Shown here piece by piece: positions 36,617 through 49,063 of a stretch of 64,000 nt of DNA. Origin of the DNA: Vermamoeba vermiformis (lineage: Eukaryota); assembly GCA_045837725.1 (NCBI GenBank), contig JBEWZL010000101.1:124001-188000 (forward strand), in the 5' to 3' direction. Both the position numbers and the translations under genes were made by a program. The notes beneath the pieces were generated by a model. That model saw only the letters and a program-made list of their open reading frames with translations, made no database searches and was not told where the DNA came from. How positions within the stretch are numbered: the first letter of the stretch is position 1; every line of letters starts with the position of its first letter.

Positions 36617-37326
36617 ATGTCGGAGCGAACTGATATAATTAATGATGAAGAGGTGCCGATGGACGCTAAAATAGTGGCACTGCTCTTGAAGTCGATGGGT
36701 GTCGAGGACTACGAACCTCGCGTTATAAATCAATTATTAGAATTTATGAACAGTAAGAATATATTTATAATCAACAATAGGCGCATTTATAATTAAACGG
36801 CGGGCTGACAATGATTTTAATTATTATTACAATTAATATTATTATTTATGTTAATTATGTTAAATAAAGCCCTGCATTTCCATAGCAACGTTATGCTATT
36901 ACTATCAATAATAATTACCGTATCACCAATGACTGACATGCCGCAGAGTACATATCAGACATACTGCAAGACGCGCAGCTCTACTCCGAGCACGCAGGCC
37001 GCGCTGCCATTGACCTCGCAGACGTGCAGCTCGCAGTGCAGGCCAAGCTCAGTCAGTCCTTCACGCAACCACCACCGCGTGAGATATCGCTCGAACTCGC
37101 GCGCAAGAAGAACGCCACACCGCTGCCCCTGATACCCGAGCGCATTGGCATCTTGTTGCCCCCCGACGAGCACTGCCTCACCAAGGCCACCTATCAAATG
37201 GATCCGAAGCGGCGCGAGGGCTCGAACAGCGCTGCAAATGGCACGGAGAACGGCACGACATTCAGCTCTCCTGCTGTTTTCTTGCAGGGCACTGCTGCAG
37301 TGGCGAGTCCGAGCACCCCTAAATAG
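36617..37326 (+). CDS. TAF9: TFIID/SAGA subunit TAF9
   Basis: PMDAKIVALLLKSMGVEDYEPRVINQLLEF...ILQDAQLYSEHA...SFTQPPPRE...KNATPLP...LPPDEHCL. Confidence 0.95.
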
Positions 37327-37440
37327 GCGCTCTTATATAGCACTGTTGTAGTGGCGAATATAAATATGTAATATAGTACTCTAATCAGTGTTCGGATCTG
37401 CTCTATGAACATTATTTACAAGAATAGGGACATCAAAGTA

Positions 37441-38053
37441 CTACATTGGGCGAGTAGGAGGGTGTACAAATTGATTTTTCATATTGGTGGGCATGGCAGT
37501 TGTGTTCGCGTTTTGTGGTGGCACCGGCACTAAGTTCTGCGGATTAGCTGCGTCAGGCACCCACTCGAACTGACTCATATTAGGTGCTTCCGAAAATAGC
37601 ATAGTGAATCTGTAGCGCATCATATTAGAGCTGCTTATGGTTACAGGAGGTACATACTCGCCCACTCTCTCTAAGATGCCTTGCCGACCCGTGTACAGCA
37701 CCAATGCATTTTTAAATAGTGAACTGTAACTATATAGTGCGATATATGTTAGTATGATTGTGTTAGAGTATGCAGGTGATTATTAAATAATTATGAAGGA
37801 AATTTATTGGATCAGTAGCAATGTCATACCCTTGTCTGAGCTGTATTATATCGCCTGACTGTAGTAGCTCACCAGGCTCATCCCAAACAGATAATATTAT
37901 TGCCCCGGAGGGATCTGCAACTAAATACTGATTGACGGTATGATCTTCTTTTGTTTTGGTCACTGAAACCTTCTCCAATACAATAAAGTGCACATTAACA
38001 CCCTTCATATATGGTCGAATATCACCGATCTTAGTCCACTGTTCTGTGCTCAT
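37441..38053 (-). CDS. NABP: SOSS complex subunit B (OB-fold ssDNA-binding protein)
   Basis: VNVHFIVLE..TKTKEDHTV..LVADPSGAIILSVWDE..GDIIQLRQGY..LYTGRQGILERVGE..MLFSEAPNMS. Confidence 0.9.
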
Positions 38054-38167
38054 ATTGTAGCTGTGTGCTGTCTGAATGTCGACGGGTTAATTTTCGGTTT
38101 TATTTGAAGGGGAAAAAATGCTTGCAAAACATTTATATATTTATTTCAGCTCGTACGACCACGCACA

Positions 38168-41100
38168 ATGGATTGGCTGCTTAAAAAGAGCAATACTGTG
38201 AAGGTCAACTTCAAATTGAAGGTGGTCTCGGTGGAGGCTGTCGAGAACGACATTGGTGATGTTTTCGTTGCTTGGAAACGCGGGAATAAGAAAGTAAGCA
38301 CTAGAATATTATTAATTAAGTGTCATTGCAATATATTTATTAATGTTATTTTTAATTTCTGAATAGGAAGGCAACGGTAAAACTGATCCCGCAAAAGTTC
38401 AAGATGGCAAGGCTACCTTCAACACAGCTGTCGCTTTTACTTCAACATTGTACAAAAGTTCGAAGGGCGAGTTTGAACCTAAATACATTGCATTCAGTTT
38501 GAAGGAGGTAAGATGCGGTTTATAATTTTAAAAAAATACCCGATAAATTACCAACACATTCGGTACTGAAAATAACGGCACACTAAGCGATTATACATTC
38601 TCGTGTATACATTGGTGCTGCATTTAAAAGATTATAAGGACACATGTTTTCATTACGCAACGGCTCGATCTATTTTTTGTAATAAACCAGAAATATCAGC
38701 AGCAAATGCAGCTTATTAATATCAATTTAATACAGGACAAGAAAAAGACCAGTGTCGGCAAGCTCGTATTAGATCTGTCAGAATATGTCTCGAATATCAA
38801 GCCCGTCGCCAAGAAACTTCCGCTGAAAAAGGGCAAAGCACCCTATTTGAATGTAAGGCATTAATAGCTCTATACATCGCATATATCAACAGTACAATCT
38901 TGCAGGTCGAAGTACAAGCCGAGTACCTGCGTGTTGGTGAAAAGAAATTGGTCAAGTGAGTGATTGAGGCCCACAATTAATCATTACTATATAGACCTAA
39001 GATACCATAGCTTGTTCAATATGCTAGAGCCGTTAGTAACAAACTTGTATTAGATCCTCTGGCAAATCAGACAACGAGAAGGTGGTCATTGAGGGCCAAG
39101 AATACGACCTCATCACCGCTGACGACGTGAGTGAAGCAGAGTCAGATGATCGCGACAACGATTTCATTGAGGACTCGATCATGGAAGACGATAACTCGAG
39201 CTCTCCGTTCAAACGTCAAGCTAGCACTGCGGACTTGAAGGACAAGAAAGACAAAGACAAGGATAAGGACAAGAAAGACAAGGACAAGGACAAGGAGTCG
39301 CGTCGATTGAGCCGTCGCGAAAGTGTACGCGAGGACAAAGACAAAGAGAGTCGCGACAAGGATAAAGAAGACAAAGACAAGGACAAAGAAGCTCGTCGAT
39401 TGAGTCGTCGCGAAAGTGTCCGTGAAGACAAGGACAAAGAAAATCGCGACAAGGACAAGGACAAGGAGAGTCGCGACAAGGACAAAGAAGGTCGTGACAA
39501 GGACAAGCGACTCAGTCGTACGGAAAGTGTTCGCGATACCAAGGACAAGGAGAGCAGAGACAAGGACAAGGAAAGCCGCGATAAAGATAAGGACAGAGAG
39601 CGCAGAGACAAAGACAAAGAGAGTCGTGACAAAGACAAGGACCGAGAGAGTCGCGACAAGGACAAAGAAGGTCGTGACAAGGACAAGCGCTTGAGCCGTA
39701 CTGAAAGTGTGCGCGACACTAAGGACAAGGAAAGCAGAGATAAAGACAAGGACAAGGAGAGTCGTGACAAGGACAAGGACAAAGAGCGCAGAGACAAAGA
39801 CAAAGAGAGTCGTGACAAAGATAAGGATAGGGAAAGTCGTGATAAGCGCAAGTCTTTAGTGATTGACAAGGCTGCGGTAAGAGTTTGACTGCTGTGACGT
39901 GTCACATGTGACTGACGTTGTTGCCCAGGTTGATGCTGTAGCTAAGCCTGAAGACAAGCGCAAGTCGTTGGTGATTGACAAGCCTGTGGTAAGGAGCTAG
40001 ATGACACGTGTCAATTTAATGTAAGTCTCATAACTAACATTACGACGTAGGTGGAGACGACACCTAAACCTGAGGACAAGCCAGCGGATAAGCCCGCAGA
40101 GAAGCCGTCAGAGATGGGACCACGAGCCCCTTCGAACCCTGTGATCACTCCGACACCTGTCGTCAACCCCACGCCCTCCCCTGTTAAGACTACGACACCT
40201 GTCACCAATCCGACGCCGTCCCCTGTCAAGACAACAACGCCAGCGGTCACTACACCCACACCCACACCAGCCCCCACCAAGACTGGAACTTTCGTCATGC
40301 CCAGCCCACTGAAGACTGCTCAAGTCAATCAGTCCAAGACAGCAGCCCCTAACGGCGACATCACGTTGCCTCCTCCTTCTCCAAAGCGCGAAGAAGAATG
40401 GGAGCGCAAATACAACGATGTTGTGCAAGAGAACGACCAATTGAAGAAGCGATTGGACGAACTGAAGACAGCTAGCGACAAATCGACCAAGCAACACGAC
40501 GAGACTGTGAAGAGCAAAGAGAGCGAACTCACTGCTACAAAGAAGAAATTGGACGAGGTGACCAAGCAACTTGATCAATTGCAGAAAGACAAGAGTTCTC
40601 AGAGCACGAACAGCAATGCTGAACTGACGAGAGTGAAGGCTGAGTTGGAGACTGCATTGAAGGGTCTCGAGGGCAAGAACAAAGAGCTCGATGACACCAA
40701 GAAGCAGTTGACTGCACTGCAAACTGCTGCCAGTGCTGGCAATGATAAGGACAAGGAAATGATTCGCACATTGAGCGCGAATGTAGACCAATTGCGCGGT
40801 GAAATTGCAAGCTGGCAAAAGAAACACGACGAGAAGGACAAAGAACTGAATGCCCGACAAAAGAGTTTGACGACCTTGGAGGGTGAATTGAAGACCTTGA
40901 AAGAAGACAAGACCCGTCGTGATCAACAGATCAGCACTTTGGAGAACGAATTGAGCACTCTGAAGCGCGAGAAGAACAAGAAAGAAGACGAATTGAAGGC
41001 GCTGAAAGAACAGCTCGAGGCAGTGAGTGACGAGAAAGATCAGACTGGCGCTAAGCAACAAGAGCTGCAGTCACAACTCTCGCAAATGCGCAGCGACATG

Positions 41101-43341
41101 TCCAAGAAGAGCGCTGATTGGGAGGAGCTCAATCGTGAACTCGTTGCCCTGCGTCAAGAGAAGACTCAGAAAGAGCTGCAACTGAGCAAAGTGCAGACTG
41201 AGGTGCAAGGGCTGCAAAAAGAAAAGAGCCTCAAAGAAGAGCAGGTTACAATGCTCGAAAATGAAGTCAGTCAACTGCGCGTGAATGTCAAACAACTCGA
41301 AGACAAGCACAGCAGCGCCGAGGACCAGTGGAATGCCAAGACTGCGCGTCTTGAACGAGATTTGCAGTCCATGGCCAACGATCTCGCTGCCATGAAAGAG
41401 CAGCTGAGCGGCAAAGATGACCAACTCAAGCAATCGATGGCACAGATTGAACGTTTGCAGAACACTTTGCATGATTTGCAGTCTGAAAGTGACTCGACTG
41501 ACCAAGCCTCCAAGGCATTGAACAGCGAATTGAAGCATTTGCAGCAACAAATCAAAGAGAAAGACGAAGAACTCGATGACAAGCGACAACAGATCAGCAA
41601 TTTGAAGAAAGAAGTCCAAGAGCTGCAAGACGACGTGGAAGACCTCAGCAGCTCGAGCAAGAAGCGTGACGATCAAGCGCGCGAACTCAACTCCCGCATC
41701 AAAGAGCTGCAAGAGACCATTGAACAGCTCAAAGAAGAGTCGCGTCAACACGACGAGCAAGTCACACGTGAACATCGCGACAAGGTTCAAGAGTTGCAGA
41801 ATCGCATTGAGGCCCTGCAACTGCAGTCCACTTCGGAGAGTGCTGGCGCTGAGTCCATGAAGCACGAGGTCGATCTGCTCAAACAACACATCAAAGAGCG
41901 TGACGACCGCATTGAAGACCAGAACGATGAGATTGACGACTTGAAGCGCAAGATCAAGAAGTTAGACGAGAACATCAGCAAGTTGAAGGACGAACTCGCC
42001 GAGCTCAAAGAGAAGTACGAAGATGCTCTCGAAGACCGCGACAACTCTGAGCGCAAGGGCGAGAGTCGCGCAGAAGAATTGAACGAAGAGATTGATAACT
42101 TGAAAGAGAAGCTCGAGCAGACTGAAGCTCACAACGAAGAGCTGCAAGAGCGCGTGAAACAATTGGAAGAGGACCTCGAGAACAGTTCCGACAACAAGGG
42201 TGATCGCAAGAAGATGGAAAAAGACCTCAAGAAGTTGAAGAAGCTCGAGCGCGAGTCCAAAGAGACGCAAGTGATTGAACACAGCTTGCTGCTCATGTCG
42301 CCGAGTGATCCGCAACACATCTCCAACACCAATCCCATGTCGCAGCTCATGATGAAGCTGTTGACCTACCTCGAGGACGAAGACTATCTCGAGAACGATG
42401 ACGACTATGAGATGTTGGAGCGAGTGGTGTCCGTGATCGACAATCAGCACAAAGTGAACAAAGACAACTTCAACATGATTGCTTACTGGCTCAGCCAGCT
42501 CACCTTCTTCGTCGATCACATCAGCGACAAGATTCTCAAGACTGAAGCGACATTCAAAGCCAAGGGCATTCCTATTCAACAATTGCTGCTCAAGAAACAG
42601 CAACAGAACTCGTCCTCCGATGGTGACATTGGATCTGCGAAGAAATTCGTGAATGATCTTGAAGCCAAGGCCTTTGACCTCTATCGCACCCTGCTCAACT
42701 GGGCCTATGCTGTAAGTAGTACCCCCCACCACTAACACCACGCCAGTACTCACACCATTGATTGCCAGGAGCTGCGAGTGACCCTCGTGCCGTCCATTCT
42801 CGACATGCCTGCCTCGACCAGCAAGAAGGCCAAGAAGGCGCGTCGTGCCGTGCTGAACACGCTCAACACGATGGTCGTGACCTTCAAGAAGCACTTCTTG
42901 TACGACTCGATTGTGCAGCAGTTCTTCTATCAAGTGTTCTACTTTATGAACTGCAATCTGTTCAACGAGCTGATCGATCAAGGCCAGAAGTTGTGCAATT
43001 GCGCATCGGGCTTTGAGATCGCCATCAGCTTGTCGCACTACTTTGAGTGGGCGGAGAAGAATCTCTCTGCTCTGCCGCGCGATCAGCTCTTCCCGCACAT
43101 CCACCAGGCCTCGCAAGTGCTCGTGATGGACAAGAAGATTATGGCAGACCGTCAGACACTCGAGGACATCTTCCCGGCACTCAACTTCAGTCAGATCGAT
43201 CGACTCATCACACTCTACAAGCCTGACAATATTGCTCCGGATCCAGTGCCCAAAGAGACGAAGGACGTCATCAAGAAGCTGCACGAAGCAGATCCACAAG
43301 ACGTCAAGCTCGATGAGTCACTATTCGCCACTATGCATTAA
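38168..43341 (+). CDS. NT-C2 (EEIG1/EHBP1-type) domain, D/K/R/E repeats, long coiled coil and C-terminal Dilute (DIL) domain
   Basis: N-terminal VFVAWKRG...FEPKYIAFSLKE...VGKLVLDLSEY (NT-C2); long heptad region; AYWLS and QFFYQVFYFMNCNLFNELI...CNCASGFEI...QASQVLVM...FPALNFSQIDRLITLY (DIL). Confidence 0.85.
39238..39850 (+). repeat. Coding low-complexity tandem repeat (DKDKE/SRDKDK units with RRLSRRES or KRLSRTES blocks)
   Basis: Repeated gacaaggacaa units. Higher-order units start at ~39502 and ~39682 (period ~180 bp) and differ synonymously. Confidence 0.85.
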
Positions 43342-43429
43342 TAATGGCACTTAACTTATTTAATTAAACACACCTTGTATTTATGCGCATTATGCTTCAA
43401 TTATATTTTATAGACTGTACATTTTAGGC

Positions 43430-46400
43430 TTATTTGTGCTTGCTAGGGCTCTTATTCTTAGTTTTAACACTCGTATTGCTCTTCTTAGTGTCCTGAGTAG
43501 CACTCTGACTGCTCGTCTTTTGTTTCTTGGATCTGCTCGCTTCTTCGCTCTCCAGATCTCGCTTGCGCTTCTTAGCACTAGTCTCGCTAGTCTCGGTGCT
43601 GGGTGCTTGACTCGACTCGGGCACAGGTGCAGCCAAGCTCTGCTCCTCCACGCGCGCGTCCTCCGCTTGCAGCTGCATGCTCTGCAGTGTGTAGTCGAGG
43701 ATGAACGAGCGCTGAATCAGGCGATCGAGCCGTTGAAAGTGTCGCTCAGTGTAGGGCAGCGAGGACTGCAACAGCTGCTTGATGTTGGGCAGGCTGAGCA
43801 GTGACTGCGGGGACCACAGCGCGAACAGTGCACGCAAACAGCGCTGCGCAATGAGGGCGTGCTTGGCATTGGTGTTCCAGTCGCGCAAGTACTCCAAACA
43901 CTGCTCCAACTGACTGCTGCTCAGGGCTTGGTACACTGCTCGCAACACGCGCTCGCTCTCGTGCGGCACCTCGTTGCACATCTGATCCAAGATGCTGTAC
44001 AGACGTCCTTGGTGCTGCATATTGAGTGCGAGGTGTATGGCCTTGCGCCACTCCTTGCGGTGCACGTAGTTGTTCAAATTCTGCTCTTTCAACACACTCT
44101 CCTCGCGCTGCACGTGCTCGGCTTCAATCTCCTGCTGCGTGGTGTTGTGCCACACGATGATCTTGCTGTCGCTGCCACCAGTGATCACTTGCTGCTCCTC
44201 CAGCCACCGATTCACGCACAGGGCCCACACCTTGTCCACGTGCCCCTCGCTCACACTCTCGCCGTGCTCGTCGGTGCGCTGTCCGTCCATGGCATTCACC
44301 ATGGTCTGCGTGCGTATGTCCCACAGTCGCAGCACGCCGTCACTGCCTGTCGAGAGCAGTTGCAGTCCTCGCGACAGATAGGCCAGTCTGAGCACCGTGC
44401 TGTCACTGCCTTCAATCGTGCGGATGCAGGTGTAGGCTGCAGCGAGTGTTAGTACGCGAAATGTATATATAAATACACTACGAGCAGTAGTAGGGGTACT
44501 CACAGTTGGTGGTCCAGTTGAAGGTCCAGATCTTGATGCTGAAGTCCGCTGAGCCCGTAGCAATGCACTGCTCCACGGGTGAGAACTGCACTGCCCACAC
44601 ACCGCGCTTGTGACCGCTCAGTGTCATCGCCTCCGCCCACTCGCGGTTGTACTGCTGCACTGTGCCGCGCGGGAACTGCGTGCGTGCTTCAGTGGCGGGG
44701 TCAGGGTGCTTGAGTCGACGCCAGAGCTTGACGGTCTTGTCTTGACTGGCCGTGGCAATCACGCTGTCATTGGGTGCCACACTCACCGCATTGATCTCCT
44801 TGTCGTGCGCCTTTTGTGTGAACAGTGCCTCCAAGTGCTGCGGAGTGCGGTACTCGTCCTCGGTGCGCGCATGATGCACGCAGGTCAAGTCCCACACTTT
44901 GAGCGTCTTGTCGCGCGAGGCTGTCACGCAGAACAGTGAGCTGCGCTTGCTGAAGCTGAGCGAGGTGATGGCCTCTGTGTGTCCCTCGCCCACGCCCACT
45001 GTGTGCCAGGTGCCACTCGCATCACGTGTCCACACGCGCAGCACGGCGTCCTTGCCCGCCGAAGCGATGAACTTGCCGCAGGGTGACGTGTCCAAGGCGA
45101 GCACGGTGTCGGAGTGGCCAGTGAGCAGTTGCGTCGACCAATCAGCGAGGCGATACACGCGCAGTTGAGCGCTGTTGGTGGCCACCACGAGTGACTGGCC
45201 CTGGTCGAGATAGGACATGTCAATCACCTCGTCGTTGAAGCCTGTGATGACACGTGATCGCGTCAGAGTCTTGAGACTATATATGGCAATGTTCTGATCG
45301 TTCGTGATCACAATCAGCTCGTCACGTGATGTATTGGCGAGCATGTAGTCGATGCCGTGCACGTGATCGCTGCTCGGTTCACTGAACAGATTCGCGCCCT
45401 GGTCGGTCTTGAGACACGTGTCAAATGCGCGCAGTGCACCGCGCTCACCACCCGTCAACACGATGTCACCGATGTGTCCGGGCCACCGTTCACGAATCAC
45501 AGCGCTGTCACGTGGCAGCACGACCACTGCCTCCATGCTCTCGTAGCTCGTGACGGTGTTGACGAGCTTGCAGTCCTGCAATCTCCACAGCGAGATAACG
45601 CGATCACGTGACACGGACACCAGCCAGTGATGTTTGCCAGCCTGATCACGCGACTCAAACATGTGCAGATCAGTGACAGTGGACATGTGATTGCTCAATA
45701 TCGCGAGGGGCGGTGCTTTGTTGTCCGGATCTTGGTGACTGCGCGCCAGATGCAGATCCCACACCCATATCGCACCGGTCTGATCACTCGCTGCCAGCCA
45801 CGACTTGCTCGGATGAAATCTGACGAGCTGCACCGGTCCCATCACACTCGTCTCGACACTCTGTGCACCAGTCTGCACCAGTGCGCGCTTGTGCTTGCTG
45901 AAGCGCAGTGCGTGCGTGATGTAGTGGCCGTGCAGATCCCACACCAGCACTTGTCGGTACAGTGCCACCGCGAGCAGTGTGCCGCTAGCATCGATCTCGA
46001 GCCACGAGATGGGTGTGGGTGCACTCATATTGCCACTCTCGGGCACTCCTGCGCGCCACTCGTGTTTCAGCGTCCACATCTCGCCTTGGCGTGTAAAGTG
46101 ACGTGCGAGACCGGTGCCGTAGCCCACTACGAGCTGATCGTTCTTGGGACTGCATGCCACAGCTGTGACGCGCACATCTTCAAACTGTAGTCGCGTCAGT
46201 AAATTTGAAAAGTGGATCGGATCCAGATTGGAGATGCGTTAAATTAAATATTGAGAAAATTGTCAATAATTACACCATTACATACCCCTTTAATAACTTG
46301 AATAACACGTCCCGTATCTAAATTGAGCACATTTAAATTCTCGCCAGCAGGGCAGAACAAATGATTGCGATCCCGATCCAGTGCGATCGGACCACCAGTA

Positions 46401-46480
46401 TACACCTCGCGATGCACTTCAGTGATGCCATATGATCGCTTCAACTCGCTGCTCGCTGACTGCTTCACTTCACTCGTCAT
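43430..46480 (-). CDS. UTP13: U3 snoRNP-associated protein 13 (TBL3), WD40 repeats plus Utp13 domain
   Basis: YTGGPIAL at the N-terminus; GFNDEVIDM, AHDKEINAVSVAPND, GHKRGVWAVQFSPVE; LRDWNTNAKHALIAQ and LPYTERHFQRLDRL (Utp13 domain). Confidence 0.93.
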
Positions 46481-46618
46481 TGCTGTGTGCTGCATCCACG
46501 TCAGGGCTGAGAATAATTGCCAACCATTCGCCGCGCCGCAGTTTGTCTTCATTCGCAGCGCAGTGCAACACCACGGTACAGTAGACTAGGACCGATATAC
46601 AACAATACACCAGTCATT

Positions 46619-47584
46619 ATGAGCAGAGTGCAGCGCCATCCAACCATCACCGTGGACGAGGTGAAAGAGGACTCGATATCCTTCGTATTGAAGGACACCG
46701 ATGACAGCGTGTCGAATGCACTGCGTCGTGTGATATTGGCGGAGGTACCGACCATTGCGATTGATTTTGTGGAAATTGAGGCCAACACATCCGTCCTCAA
46801 CGATGAATTTCTCGCTCACAGATTAGGATTAATTCCCCTCATTAGTCACAATGTTAAAGAATTTAATTATACAAAAGTAAGTGCTTATTGGTGCCGAATA
46901 GAATTAATTACAAATTTTTAATAATTTTTTTCATATTTTTCTAATTGCCACTACTCACTCCAGGACTGCGATTGTCCGAATGGCTGCGACAAGTGTTCAG
47001 TCGAGTTTATATTAGACGTTAAGTGCACAGATGAACAGACGCGCGAAGTGACATCGCGAGATCTGCAACTGACACATCCAGAGCGCGCCAGAGGAGTGGC
47101 GCCAGTGCACGACAACATTGTGATTATCAAACTGCAGCGCAATCAAGAGCTCAAACTCAAAGCCATTGCCAAGAAGGGCATTGGCAAGCTGCACGCCAAG
47201 TGGAATCCAACAGCCGGATTCAGCTACAAATACGAGCCCGAGATCAAGTTGAATCAGCCGCGCATGAGTGCACTGAGCGAGACCGCCAAGATGGAGTTCG
47301 TCGACAGCTGTCCCACGCACGTCTATCGCTACGACGAGGTCAGCAAGCGCGTGGAGATTGAAGACGCGATCCAGTGCATGTACTGCGGCGAGTGCGTGCG
47401 CAAGGGCGAACAGATCGCGAAGGGCGGTGAGCTGGTGGCGATTCATCAACGCAGCGACATGGTGCACTTCAGCATTGAGAGCACTGGTGCCCTGACCCCT
47501 GAGGAGATTGTGTTGACGGCCCTCGAGATATTGCGCGACAAGATGACCAAGATCAAGCACCACATCAACAACCCCATGCAGTAG
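46619..47584 (+). CDS. RPB3: RNA polymerase II subunit RPB3
   Basis: DTDDSVSNALRRVILAEVPTIAID..NTSVLNDEFLAHRLGLIPL..DCDCPNGCDKCSV..AKKGIGKLHAKWNP. Confidence 0.95.
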
Positions 47585-47741
47585 TGGCACCATATATATA
47601 TATGTATGTAGCGTGCTGGTATACGCGCCTGGGGGGTGGCGTGTATTGTTGTATATAAAGGAACAGATCTGAGGATTAGCCACGTGCAGCATCAATAGTT
47701 CAGGCGTAGTGTCGTTATAATATATATATATAGTGGTTGGT

Positions 47742-48549
47742 TTATTTAAGCGCAACGAATTCACCGTCAACAGTGAACTTGCTGGAGCGGATCTGAGAGT
47801 TGCAAGTGTCAGTACAATGCGCATGCTTGGCGAGTGAATAGCTTACCTTCTGCTTGAACAGTTGTTGCAACTGCGTTCTGAGTGCACTGTCCTGCAACAG
47901 GGTGTCGAGGACGGTGCTCTCTAAGCTCGACTGCTGCATCCGTCCTCCTTGTTTCTTCAATGCGCGCTTGATAGTCCTGCGCCACTTGAGCTCATTCAAG
48001 TCAAATACACTCTGCACCTCCGCGCTAGTCTCTGGCTCTTGCTTCGGCTCCTCTGCCACTTTTGACTTCTTCGCTGCTCGTTCGCTCGCATCTGTCTCCT
48101 CTCGCTTGCGCTTCTTGCTCTCATCGCCATTGCTGGTAGTACCGTTAGTAGTAGCGACGCCATTGCTGACAGGCGCAGCTTTGGGAGTGGTGTTGGCAGG
48201 TTTGTTGGTGGATCCAGCTTGTCCAGCCTTCTTGCCGCGGAACAAGCTCTTTTGATACTTCTCCGCCTCGCTGATGCACGTCGTGTGGTCGCGATAGCTG
48301 TTGCCAGTGAAGTGTTGATTGCAGTCCACGCAGGTGAATGATGCGCCGTAGCACCTGAGGCACAACAAAGAAGAGTTAGTGCCGATCGGATCCAGATCCC
48401 AGTTCAGCGACGCAATTATTAGATTGAGCGCTAGCATAATTCTACAAAATATATGAATTAAATATTGGCGCTACTCACTGGCGGCGGTGTTGATCCAACT
48501 TCGGCTTTTTAACGGTATCTTGACACTGATCGCAGATGAACGAAACCAT
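47742..48549 (-). CDS. LYAR: LYAR-type C2HC zinc-finger nucleolar protein
   Basis: MVSFICDQCQDTVKKPKLDQHRRQ-CYGASFTCVDCNQHF...HTTCISEAEKYQ. Confidence 0.92.
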
Positions 48550-49063
48550 AGTGAGGTATCGATAGGGTATAGTTATATAGTCCTAGTACTGTGTTGTGGT
48601 GCAGACAGGGTGTCTACAATGACTTCTAGCGCCGAACAATCGTTAAAATAATTGCCTCCCTTGGATCGCGAACCAAAAAAAAGTCAGCGAATAAAAGGAG
48701 TTGTTTGTTATTATATATTTTGTATATAGACCACATTGTAGTGATTAGGGTGATATCATTCGCTTCTTGCAAGTAAGTTCAATACCATGCTGATCTGATG
48801 CAGATGCGCGACGCATTACAGCAGTTACAAACAATACTATGCACCTCAATTAATAATATATTTATTGCGATTAATACAACTCACTTTGCACTCCATTTCA
48901 GCGATCCAATAAACATCCCAGATCTGATCGCCCAAATTATGATAATAATAATGATCTATTCGCGTATTAAAATCAGTTTAATAGTCCGCATAATTATTAA
49001 ATTAATTTAGTCCACTAATCACTGTAACGCACAGATCGCGATCAGCAACAAAACACCAACCAA

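Noticed and set aside
39216-39905. Ser/Leu-rich 229-aa minus-strand ORF, or a CRISPR-like array
   Set aside because: It is the antisense shadow of the DKDKE coding repeat. There are no constant repeats with unique spacers and no cas genes.
40108-43299. Long minus-strand ORFs (317, 272, 445 aa)
   Set aside because: They are antisense to the coiled-coil/DIL gene and explained by its codon bias.
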